Source of the DNA: Candidatus Saccharibacteria bacterium oral taxon 488
GTDB taxonomy: Bacteria > Patescibacteriota > Saccharimonadia > Saccharimonadales > Saccharimonadaceae
Length of the DNA stretch: 32,000 nucleotides
NCBI GenBank assembly: GCA_010202845.1
Contig: CP047921.1
Span: forward strand, 360,001 to 392,000
Direction: 5' to 3'
A model generated the notes under the pieces. That model did no database searches and was not told the DNA's origin. It saw nothing but the letters and a program-made list of their open reading frames with translations. This document shows, piece after piece, positions 25,520 through 32,000 of the stretch. The position numbers and the translations under genes were made by a program. The stretch's first letter is position 1, and each line of letters opens with the position of its first letter.

Positions 25520-26080
25520 TTATTGCCGCAAGGCAACCAGCTGCCCGTCGTCAGTAAATGTGATGATCCGTGAAGGCATTACCCCCTTAATTTCCCCGCT
25601 GTCGACATAGACAGCCACCTGATCGCCAAAATACGCGATCGCCTCGTTGATTGTGGCGGCTGGTGGCTGCCCTGCGAGGTTGGCGCTTGGTGCGAGTAGT
25701 GGGCCAACCAGTCGAATCAGCTCGGATAATGCTGTCTCTGGCGGCACGACCCGAAAGGCTAAGGTTGCATCAGTACGCACCAGGTGCGGCATAAAGTCGG
25801 GGCTGACCCTGGCGGCAATAGTGGTCGGCCGTTCGCAGTACAGCTGGTCATAGATATGTCGCTGCTTGGTGGTGAGTTCGGGAATGTTGTTGGCGCTACT
25901 AAGCAGGATGATGCAGGATTTAGTATGATCACGCTGGCGTACGCGGTACAGCTCATCAACTGCCCTCGGGCTATCAGCTCGAGCGAGCAGGCCATAAATG
26001 GTGTCAGTCGGTGCCACGACGAGTTTGTCAGCTCGTAGCGCCTCGATAACGGTGGTATCAAGTAAACTTTTGGTAATCAC
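25520..26080 (-). CDS. tsaC: L-threonylcarbamoyladenylate synthase (TsaC/YrdC family)
   Basis: YrdC motifs PTDTIYGL and APSANLAGQPP. The start is set at GTG 26080, which has TGGTATAAT 6 nt upstream; the longer track ORF would run through the rplK terminator. Confidence 0.8.
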   Translation of the reverse strand: MITKSLLDTTVIEALRADKLVVAPTDTIYGLLARADSPRAVDELYRVRQRDHTKSCIILLSSANNIPELTTKQRHIYDQLYCERPTTIAARVSPDFMPHLVRTDATLAFRVVPPETALSELIRLVGPLLAPSANLAGQPPAATINEAIAYFGDQVAVYVDSGEIKGVMPSRIITFTDDGQLVALRQ

Positions 26081-26099
26081 CAAATGATTATACCACAAT

Positions 26100-26129
26100 A
26101 AAATTGCTCCCACGGCAGGGAGCAATTTT
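26100..26129 (-). terminator. Intrinsic terminator after rplK
   Basis: AAAATTGCTCCC, a 6-nt loop, GGGAGCAATTTT, then TTTTATT on the minus strand. Confidence 0.75.
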
Positions 26130-26146
26130 GGATGAACAGGTGTAAA

Positions 26147-26572
26147 TTAGGCTGCGACCTCTACGCCCATCGAGCGAGCGGAACCAGCAACGACTTTCAT
26201 CGCGCCTTCGATGTCGATGGCGTTTAGCTGATCCATTTTTGCTTCAGCAATTTCCTGAAGCTGAGCGCGAGTGATTGTGCCGACCTTCTCGGCGTGCGGC
26301 TTGCCTGAACCCTTTTGAATGCCGGCTTTTTCGCGGATCATGTCATCGACTGGCTGACCAAGCGACTTCCACGTAAAGGTGCGATCTTCAAACACCTGAA
26401 TGTGGACGATAACGTCCTTGCCCATCATATCTTTGGTAGCGTCGTTGAATGGATTGATGAAATCCATCATGTTCAGCCCCCACTGACCGAGGGTTGAACC
26501 GACTGGTGGTCCGGCGGTTGCTCGTCCGGCAGGGATGCGTAATTTTAGATTACCGATAACTTTCTTTGCCAT
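26147..26572 (-). CDS. rplK: 50S ribosomal protein L11
   Basis: 141 aa. Contains AGRATAGPPVGSTLGQWGLNMMDF and the typical L11 C-terminal domain. RBS is AAGAGGAAA. A -10 TATAAT lies at 26607-26612. Confidence 0.97.
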   Translation of the reverse strand: MAKKVIGNLKLRIPAGRATAGPPVGSTLGQWGLNMMDFINPFNDATKDMMGKDVIVHIQVFEDRTFTWKSLGQPVDDMIREKAGIQKGSGKPHAEKVGTITRAQLQEIAEAKMDQLNAIDIEGAMKVVAGSARSMGVEVAA

Positions 26573-26622
26573 AGTTTCCTCTTATTTTTCCGTGCGTAAC
26601 CACTGTATTATAACGAAAATTG

Positions 26623-26631
26623 TGCTAGAAT
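26623..26631 (+). promoter_or_regulatory. Extended -10 for a leaderless 189-aa membrane gene
   Basis: TGCTAGAAT lies 6 nt upstream of the ATG at 26638. It sits back-to-back with the rplK -10. Confidence 0.55.
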
Positions 26632-26637
26632 ACAAGC

Positions 26638-27207
26638 ATGAACGCTCGCAGCATCAAGCCAGTTCGTCGCCTTATCAATATGTTTGGGGCGCTCGCTTAC
26701 AGCCTGTTGATTTTCACGTATGCGGTTATCGTCGGTGCCGGGTTGTTGTGGCTGACGCGTAGTGGCCTACTCATGCAGCTCGGTGTATCGCCAGAGACAG
26801 TCCAGCCGGCGCCCGCCCCGCCCACTACGCCGAGCGATACGACGCCTCGTGCGGTACCGTTTCTCCTTCAGGTGGTGCAGCTGGTGTTGATGTCGGTAAT
26901 GACGGTGGCGGTTTTGGGTGTGGTGGTGATGCTACCGTATTGGCTGGGGCGCTGCGGCTCGTATCTGTTGAAGCGCAGCATTCGATTATGTCACAGCCAA
27001 GTGACGCTGGCGACCCTGTTGTTCGGCAAGATATTGGCGTGCGGCATCGGGACGGTGCCAGTGCTGATCATGGCGATGTATGATGCTAGGCAGTGGCCGA
27101 TCGCGGCGGTGCTACTCGGGATGATTACGGTGGCGCTAGTCCTCTTTGCTACGCAACACTACCTCGCCAAAAGTAGCGAGGTAATTGAAGCCAAAGATGT
27201 CTGGTAG
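26638..27207 (+). CDS. Hypothetical membrane protein (189 aa, 4-5 transmembrane segments)
   Basis: Intact ORF with hydrophobic segments and a Pro/Thr-rich loop. It is on the opposite strand to the nusG and rplK genes that flank it. Confidence 0.6.
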   Translation: MNARSIKPVRRLINMFGALAYSLLIFTYAVIVGAGLLWLTRSGLLMQLGVSPETVQPAPAPPTTPSDTTPRAVPFLLQVVQLVLMSVMTVAVLGVVVMLPYWLGRCGSYLLKRSIRLCHSQVTLATLLFGKILACGIGTVPVLIMAMYDARQWPIAAVLLGMITVALVLFATQHYLAKSSEVIEAKDVW

Positions 27208-27234
27208 CTCGACCGGTGTATCGCTGCGCGGCCA
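27206..27234. repeat. Duplicated fragment of the nusG 3' coding end
   Basis: AGCTCGACCGGTGTATCGCTGCGCGGCCA matches AGCTCGACCGGCGTATCGCGGCCA at 27284-27307, inside nusG. The differences are one mismatch and a 5-nt indel. Confidence 0.7.
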
Positions 27235-27255
27235 GATGATCAGGTGATCAGGCGG

Positions 27256-27801
27256 CTAGACTTTCTTGACCTGTAATGCGTCCAGCTCGACCGGCGTATC
27301 GCGGCCAAACATGCTGACCATGACCTTGATCTTGCCCTTGACGGCATCAATTTCTGCAATTGACCCATCAAAGCCCTTGAACGGCCCGTCAATGATGGAG
27401 ACCACTTCGCCGACCGAGAAATCAATCTGATGCTTTGGCTCTTCGACGCCCATACGCTTTTTGATCTTGGTAATTTCTTTGTCGGACACCGGTGTTGGCG
27501 TGGTGTCGGCACCAACGAAGCCAGTCACGCCCGGTGTGTTGCGGACAATGTACCACGTCTCGTCGGTCAGCTTCATCTCGACCAGCACATATCCCTGAAA
27601 GATCTTGGCATCGACAACCTTGCGTTTGCCGTTTTTGATCTGAATTTGCTTTTCTTTCGGCACCATGACGTCAAAGATTTTGTCGGCCATGTCGACGCCG
27701 TTGATGCGCTGGCGGATGGATTCAGCAACCTTTTCCTCGTAGCCCGAGTAGGTGTGAATGGCGTACCACGAGCGAGTTGAATCGTAGCGATTTGATGACA
27801 T
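27256..27801 (-). CDS. nusG: Transcription termination/antitermination factor NusG
   Basis: 181 aa. NGN domain (WYAIHTYSGYEEKV) and KOW domain (GEVVSIIDGPFKGFDGSIAEID). RBS is GGAAAGGGA. Confidence 0.95.
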   Translation of the reverse strand: MSSNRYDSTRSWYAIHTYSGYEEKVAESIRQRINGVDMADKIFDVMVPKEKQIQIKNGKRKVVDAKIFQGYVLVEMKLTDETWYIVRNTPGVTGFVGADTTPTPVSDKEITKIKKRMGVEEPKHQIDFSVGEVVSIIDGPFKGFDGSIAEIDAVKGKIKVMVSMFGRDTPVELDALQVKKV

Positions 27802-27813
27802 AAATTCCCTTTC

Positions 27814-28200
27814 CTATTTCAAAATTTGATTAAAGCCCCAGTTAAAGCCGGCGTCAAGCAGCAATATCAGCACCACGAATATCAACGTAAACACCAGCAC
27901 TGCCGCCGTCATGCTCCAGGTTGCTGAGCGAGTCGGCCAGCGCACCAGCTTGAGTTCCTGCCACGCGCCCTTGAAATAGCCAACGTCACCTGATTTTTTG
28001 GTGGATTTTTTGGCCGTGGTTTTTGGCTGTTTGGGTGACGTGCCGGTCGCTGTCACCGTTTTTTTGGTGGTCTTACTGGTGGTTTTTTTGGTGGTTGTGG
28101 TTGCTTTTGATGTATGTGGTGACGGCTGCTTCGTCTCGTCATCTTTCGCGGTGATGCGGCGAACCTTCGTCTCTGATCCTGCTGCGTTTTTTTGTGCCAT
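27814..28200 (-). CDS. secE: Preprotein translocase subunit SecE with a Lys/Thr-rich N-terminal extension
   Basis: The C terminus has KGAWQELKLVRWPTRSATWSMTAAVLVFTLIFVVLILLLD, a single transmembrane segment. The start is ATG 28200 with RBS GGGAGA. Located immediately upstream of nusG. Confidence 0.85.
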   Translation of the reverse strand: MAQKNAAGSETKVRRITAKDDETKQPSPHTSKATTTTKKTTSKTTKKTVTATGTSPKQPKTTAKKSTKKSGDVGYFKGAWQELKLVRWPTRSATWSMTAAVLVFTLIFVVLILLLDAGFNWGFNQILK

Positions 28201-28210
28201 AGTTTCTCCC

Positions 28211-28238
28211 AATTTAAAAGTCTGCTTCTTAGCAGACT
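28211..28238 (-). terminator. Hairpin plus U-tract between the histidine kinase gene and secE
   Basis: AGTCTGCT-AAGA-AGCAGACT, then TTTAAATT on the minus strand. It could terminate the kinase transcript or be a 5' element of secE. Confidence 0.45.
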
Positions 28239-28284
28239 GTCAAGTCTATTGTAGCGTGTTCGGGTCGTGATTGCAAGGGCGGTC

Positions 28285-29415
28285 TCACGCGGACGTGGGC
28301 GGATCAGCCAGCTCAAAGCTAAACGTCGAGCCATGATTGAGTCGGCTTTTAACAGAGATAGTGCAGCCGAGCTTGTGCGCCAATTTGCCCGCAACGTACA
28401 GTCCCAGTCCGGTGCCGCTGGTCTCGCGGGTGCGATAATCCTCGGCCCGGTAAAATCGCTGGAAAATCTTTTTTTGGTCAGTCTTGCCGATGCCTATCCC
28501 AGTATCAATTACCGCAAATTGTACGACGCCGTTACGCCGGTGCATCCGCAGCGTCACCCCGCCACGAGGCGTGTATTTGATAGCGTTGATGATGAAGTTT
28601 TGCAGTAGCTCAGTCAAGTACAGCCGCGAAACCTTGATCACGCCAATCTGCGCACTCACGTCGAGATCAAACCGCAACCCCTTATCGGCCGCTCGCGGCG
28701 CAAACTCACTGTGTAACGTGCTGGCCAGCTCCATCAGATTAATCGTCTCCGTCTCATCCGCCGCTCCACGTTCAGCGCGCGATAAGGTGCCAAGGTCATT
28801 GATCATTTTAGCGAGGAACATCACTTGATCGTGCGCCGCCACCAGCGCCTCATGCACCTTTTGGGTGTAGCCTTTTTCGGCGAGCAGTCGAGCATTGTCA
28901 AGCGCTCCCTCGGCAATGGCCACCGGTGTGCGCAGTTCGTGACTAACAACGCTGATGAACTCATCACGCTCCTCTTCGAGGCTTTTTATCTTGGTGACGT
29001 CACGCAGAATTAACACATAGCCGTCGGTACTCGAGCTGCCGCCCAAAATCGGCGCAAAGGTCGCCTCCAGTCGCAAATGATCGCCATCGCTGAGCGGCAT
29101 GATCAGGTCGTCACGGGTGCGGATTGAGGGTGACTTACTGAGCTCCTCAAACACGTCGATCGGTGTACCGCTAAGCGTCTGCAATTGAAATGTCTCGCTG
29201 ATGTGATGACCGTGCAGCGTGGCGTTGGTGTCCAGCAGGCCGATCATCGCCGCGTTATAAATCGTAATGATGCCGTGAGCATCAGTGCTTAGTACCGCGT
29301 CAGTCAAGCTGTTTACCAACGTCATCATCTGGCTATGCTCTGGCGCGGCTTTCGTCTCATCGCGTCCGCATTGCTGACTGCGCCCCGTGCGCCACCTGCC
29401 CATCCCTTGTCTCAT
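28285..29415 (-). CDS. Cytoplasmic PAS-domain sensor histidine kinase
   Basis: HisKA H-box FISVVSHELRTPV, and an HATPase_c region (DTGIGI, GTGLGL). No transmembrane segment. The start is set at ATG 29415, which has TGCTATACT 7 nt upstream. Confidence 0.9.
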   Translation of the reverse strand: MRQGMGRWRTGRSQQCGRDETKAAPEHSQMMTLVNSLTDAVLSTDAHGIITIYNAAMIGLLDTNATLHGHHISETFQLQTLSGTPIDVFEELSKSPSIRTRDDLIMPLSDGDHLRLEATFAPILGGSSSTDGYVLILRDVTKIKSLEEERDEFISVVSHELRTPVAIAEGALDNARLLAEKGYTQKVHEALVAAHDQVMFLAKMINDLGTLSRAERGAADETETINLMELASTLHSEFAPRAADKGLRFDLDVSAQIGVIKVSRLYLTELLQNFIINAIKYTPRGGVTLRMHRRNGVVQFAVIDTGIGIGKTDQKKIFQRFYRAEDYRTRETSGTGLGLYVAGKLAHKLGCTISVKSRLNHGSTFSFELADPPTSA

Positions 29416-29422
29416 ATGATTT

Positions 29423-29431
29423 AGTATAGCA
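29423..29431 (-). promoter_or_regulatory. Extended -10 for a leaderless histidine kinase gene
   Basis: TGCTATACT lies 7 nt upstream of the ATG at 29415. Confidence 0.55.
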
Positions 29432-29435
29432 CATG

Positions 29436-30134
29436 CTACACGTGCGGTGTATGGTTTTTCAGTGCCGCTCGGTGCGTTTTGTAGGCTGGGTCGATGGCTG
29501 CGACCTCTCGCCAAAAGGCGTCGGAGTGATTCATCTGGCGGGTGTGAGCCAGCTCGTGAATCAGCACATAATCAAGCAGCTCAAACGGCAGGTTCATCAG
29601 CGCGATGTTCAGGCTAATCGTGCCGCGCGACGAGCAGCTGCCCCAACGGCTCGAGGCGTGCGTCAGTTTGACGGTTTGATAGGAAAAGCCGTGTTCCTCG
29701 GCCAGGAATTTCAGTCGCCGTGGCAGGTAGCTTTTGGCTTCTTTACGTAGCGCCGTGATGACGACTTCACGAATGCGCTGCTGGATGGCTGGAGTAGTAA
29801 TGTCGGTGTCGGGCGGTAGCTTGACGAGGATGCGGGTGCCAGAGCGCTTGATAATGGGTTCGGTGAGCGCGGGCTGGGTCTCGATGATCAGGTGATGACT
29901 TTTACCAATTGATTGGTCGTGCGTGTAGTAGTGACCTTGTTGATGCTCGCCCAGGAGTTCGCGAATACGCGGCCGGGATGACTTGATAAGCATTTTTGCG
30001 GCGAGCAGCGGTGCGTACGTCGGTAAGCTAATCCGCAGCTGCCCGTTTGGCGCGACTTTCAGTGACACCTGACGCGCCAAGTGCGAGCGCCTCACCGTGA
30101 TTTCGCCAAACTCAGCATCAGTAATGGTTGGCAT
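29436..30134 (-). CDS. YgjP-like (DUF45 / M48-related) metal-dependent hydrolase
   Basis: 232 aa with the HExxH motif in LIHELAHTRQMNHSDAFW near the C terminus. RBS is AGGAGC. Confidence 0.75.
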   Translation of the reverse strand: MPTITDAEFGEITVRRSHLARQVSLKVAPNGQLRISLPTYAPLLAAKMLIKSSRPRIRELLGEHQQGHYYTHDQSIGKSHHLIIETQPALTEPIIKRSGTRILVKLPPDTDITTPAIQQRIREVVITALRKEAKSYLPRRLKFLAEEHGFSYQTVKLTHASSRWGSCSSRGTISLNIALMNLPFELLDYVLIHELAHTRQMNHSDAFWREVAAIDPAYKTHRAALKNHTPHV

Positions 30135-30143
30135 GTATAGCTC

Positions 30144-30737
30144 CTAGCTGATGCGAACACGGCTGAGTACTGGACGTTGCGGACGGCGTTTGGGAGTATC
30201 AGCCTGGGCAGCTTGCGGTTGGGTCGGAGCGGCTGTAGTATTCGGGCGCACGTCGGCTAGCCGCTTGAGCAAGGTGCGCGCTTGGGTGTTATAGGTGTGA
30301 CGACCACTGATGACGACGCATGGCTCGCTGGGGTGCGGCGATGAGAATTGTTTGATCTTGGCATCAAATGTTGCTTCGTCATTGTCGTTGGCCTTGAGCC
30401 AGCGCATCTTGGCAGTCGCCAGGTCAGTCTGTACCCAGACAAAGAGAATCTTATAGCCAGCCGCGCGGGCTGCCTTGGCAAGCTCAACCCGCCAGGCTCG
30501 CTTCTCCGTTGCTCCTTCAAATACGATGGTTTGATGGGTCTTCATCAATTCCTTGAGCAGAGTGCCGCTCGCATAATTAACGGCCGCCTCATCATCGGAT
30601 AATGCCGCTAAGATACCAGAGTCCAAATGCGGCGCATGAAACATCTCAGAAAACTCAGCCGCGAATTGCGACTTGCCCGCCCCCGGCACGCCCACCATGG
30701 CAATGATGTGAGGAGAAGAAAGTTGCAAAGGTTTCAT
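30144..30737 (-). CDS. P-loop NTPase / kinase-like protein (AAA_33 / zeta-toxin-like fold)
   Basis: Walker A GVPGAGKS at residues 17-24. The start is set at ATG 30737, which has TATACT 7 nt upstream. Confidence 0.7.
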   Translation of the reverse strand: MKPLQLSSPHIIAMVGVPGAGKSQFAAEFSEMFHAPHLDSGILAALSDDEAAVNYASGTLLKELMKTHQTIVFEGATEKRAWRVELAKAARAAGYKILFVWVQTDLATAKMRWLKANDNDEATFDAKIKQFSSPHPSEPCVVISGRHTYNTQARTLLKRLADVRPNTTAAPTQPQAAQADTPKRRPQRPVLSRVRIS

Positions 30738-30751
30738 ATATGTTAGTATAC

Positions 30752-30781
30752 ACAAAAAATCCCCCTTATCCAAGGGGGATT
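30752..30781 (-). terminator. Intrinsic terminator after the LPXTG protein gene
   Basis: AATCCCCCTT-GGAT-AAGGGGGATT, then TTTTTTG on the minus strand. Confidence 0.8.
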
Positions 30782-30832
30782 CTCGCCTGAAACCTCGCGC
30801 TTCAGAATAAGCTTCTCGGAGCGGTCAGTCTC

Positions 30833-32000
30833 TTACAGTTGGCGTCGGCTGGCGACGTATGCTAGGGCTGAGGTAACCAGTGCGCCGAGGCCCAGACCAC
30901 CGAGTACCATGTCGGTCATACCAGTTCGTGGTAGTGCGGTTGGTGTTGGTGGGGTCGGTGTGGTTGGCTTTGGATTACACTCTTCGCTGTCAATACCGAC
31001 GAACCGCTTAGTATCTTCAGCTTCTTTCTTGGTAACTTCGCGGATTGTCTTGGTAGTGACGTCACAGACCTTGATCTTTTCACACTTACTCAGATCAGTG
31101 GTGTATGGTGGCGTGTTCTCTTTGCCCTTTTCGACTTTCTCGATGACGCCAGTTTGGACGTTGCAGGCCTCGACTTTTTCTGGTACATCGACCGTTGCGT
31201 TGTCGCAGCCGTCTTTGTCGCCAGGGATCTCTGGAGTATCAACGCAGGCGGTGTTGACGACTTTACCGGTAACTTGTTCTTTGATGGTTGCCGTGATAGT
31301 AAAGGTCTTTGATGCACCCTGCTTGAGTTCAGCAATCGTTGTCTTCCAGGTGTTATTCTGGAGTGTGCCCTCAGATGCCCTTAGGAAGGTAACGCCCTGT
31401 GGAGCATCGTCGGTGACAACAGCGTTCTTTAGATCAACGTTGCCGGTGTTGGTGACGGTTACCTGGTATGGGAATTCGTTGCCAACTTGGACAGTCTTGT
31501 GCTTGACGCCATCAACCTTTTTCTCGATTTTAATGCCAGGGTTAGCCTTTGGCGTCTCTGGCTGGATGGTGAACTGCTTGACACAGTCGTTGCTGGTGCG
31601 ATCACCAAGGCTGGTCGTGACTGTGACGCGAGCGGTGTAAGTGCCCGCTTCCTTGATGGTGGCGCTGGTCTCGCTGGTCAGCGCTGAAGTAGTGTTGTTG
31701 CGTGAGAAGACTTCCTTGCCTGAAGCATCGGTGATGCTAAAGGTGTATGACTTGACAGTTGCGCCGTTCTCGACTGTTGCGTGAGCCTTCAGGGCGACCG
31801 TGTTAGTCTGGCGATTAATGACTGGCTGGTCAAGTGCTTTACAAGTAGCCACTGGCTGTGGTTTCGGTTTTGGTGGTACAACAACGTTGGTGGCGACAAC
31901 TGGGTTACCACATGGCGTCATGATGGCGAACTTAAAGCGACCCTGTTCATCAAGCCGAATGAAAGCTTGCTGTGCACTGCTCATGCGGCTGGCTGGAACG
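30833..32000 (-). CDS. LPXTG-anchored cell-surface protein (5' end lies outside the window)
   Basis: C-terminal sorting signal LPRTG, then a hydrophobic stretch, then RRQL. DUF11-like repeat (VTVTNTGNVDLKNAVVTDDAPQGVTF). The frame stays open to position 32000 and no signal peptide is visible. Confidence 0.85.
   Translation of the reverse strand, partial: VPASRMSSAQQAFIRLDEQGRFKFAIMTPCGNPVVATNVVVPPKPKPQPVATCKALDQPVINRQTNTVALKAHATVENGATVKSYTFSITDASGKEVFSRNNTTSALTSETSATIKEAGTYTARVTVTTSLGDRTSNDCVKQFTIQPETPKANPGIKIEKKVDGVKHKTVQVGNEFPYQVTVTNTGNVDLKNAVVTDDAPQGVTFLRASEGTLQNNTWKTTIAELKQGASKTFTITATIKEQVTGKVVNTACVDTPEIPGDKDGCDNATVDVPEKVEACNVQTGVIEKVEKGKENTPPYTTDLSKCEKIKVCDVTTKTIREVTKKEAEDTKRFVGIDSEECNPKPTTPTPPTPTALPRTGMTDMVLGGLGLGALVTSALAYVASRRQL

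Noticed and set aside
28238-28253. Antiterminator alternative (AGACT/AGTCT) for the hairpin upstream of secE
   Set aside because: The first arm lies in the spacer upstream of the predicted transcription start of the CGCTACAAT promoter, so it would not be in the RNA.

Overview
The window is a gene-dense bacterial chromosome segment, about 90% coding and almost entirely on the minus strand. It holds housekeeping blocks that are fragmented compared with the usual layout.

- **Ribosomal block:** secE-nusG / rplK / rplA / rplJ-rplL is interrupted three times.
- **Replication block:** dnaX-dnaB-(membrane GT-like)-ybaB-recR.
- **Other recognisable genes:** eno, tsaC, an nrnA-like DHH phosphoesterase, a MacB/FtsX-type ABC pair, a P-type ATPase, and a 1157-aa UvrD-type helicase fused to a RecB-type nuclease. 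Also present are a PAS histidine kinase, a YgjP-like metallohydrolase, a P-loop kinase-like protein, a WhiB-like protein, and an LPXTG-anchored surface protein truncated at the window end.
- **Likely source (inference only):** gene content and layout suggest a reduced-genome, monoderm-like bacterium, possibly Saccharibacteria/CPR-like.
- **Not found:** CRISPR arrays, transposases, integrases and rRNA.

The signals that ordinary annotation does not explain are these:

1. A near-consensus promoter cassette occurs three times: tandem TTGACA boxes 13 bp apart, a 17-bp spacer, then TGATATATAT. Two copies sit inside a ~110-nt repeat. The cassettes drive two small orphan genes and a structured RNA.
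2. That RNA ends in a tRNA-like domain with a G3:U70 pair. It is tmRNA-like in length and 3' end, but has two competing 5' acceptor strands and no canonical tag.
3. Two of the cassettes are followed immediately by a hairpin plus U-tract.
4. First genes of transcription units are mostly leaderless, with a TGnTAnAAT motif 6-8 nt upstream of the start codon.
5. A duplicated piece of the nusG 3' end flanks an opposite-strand gene inserted between nusG and rplK.
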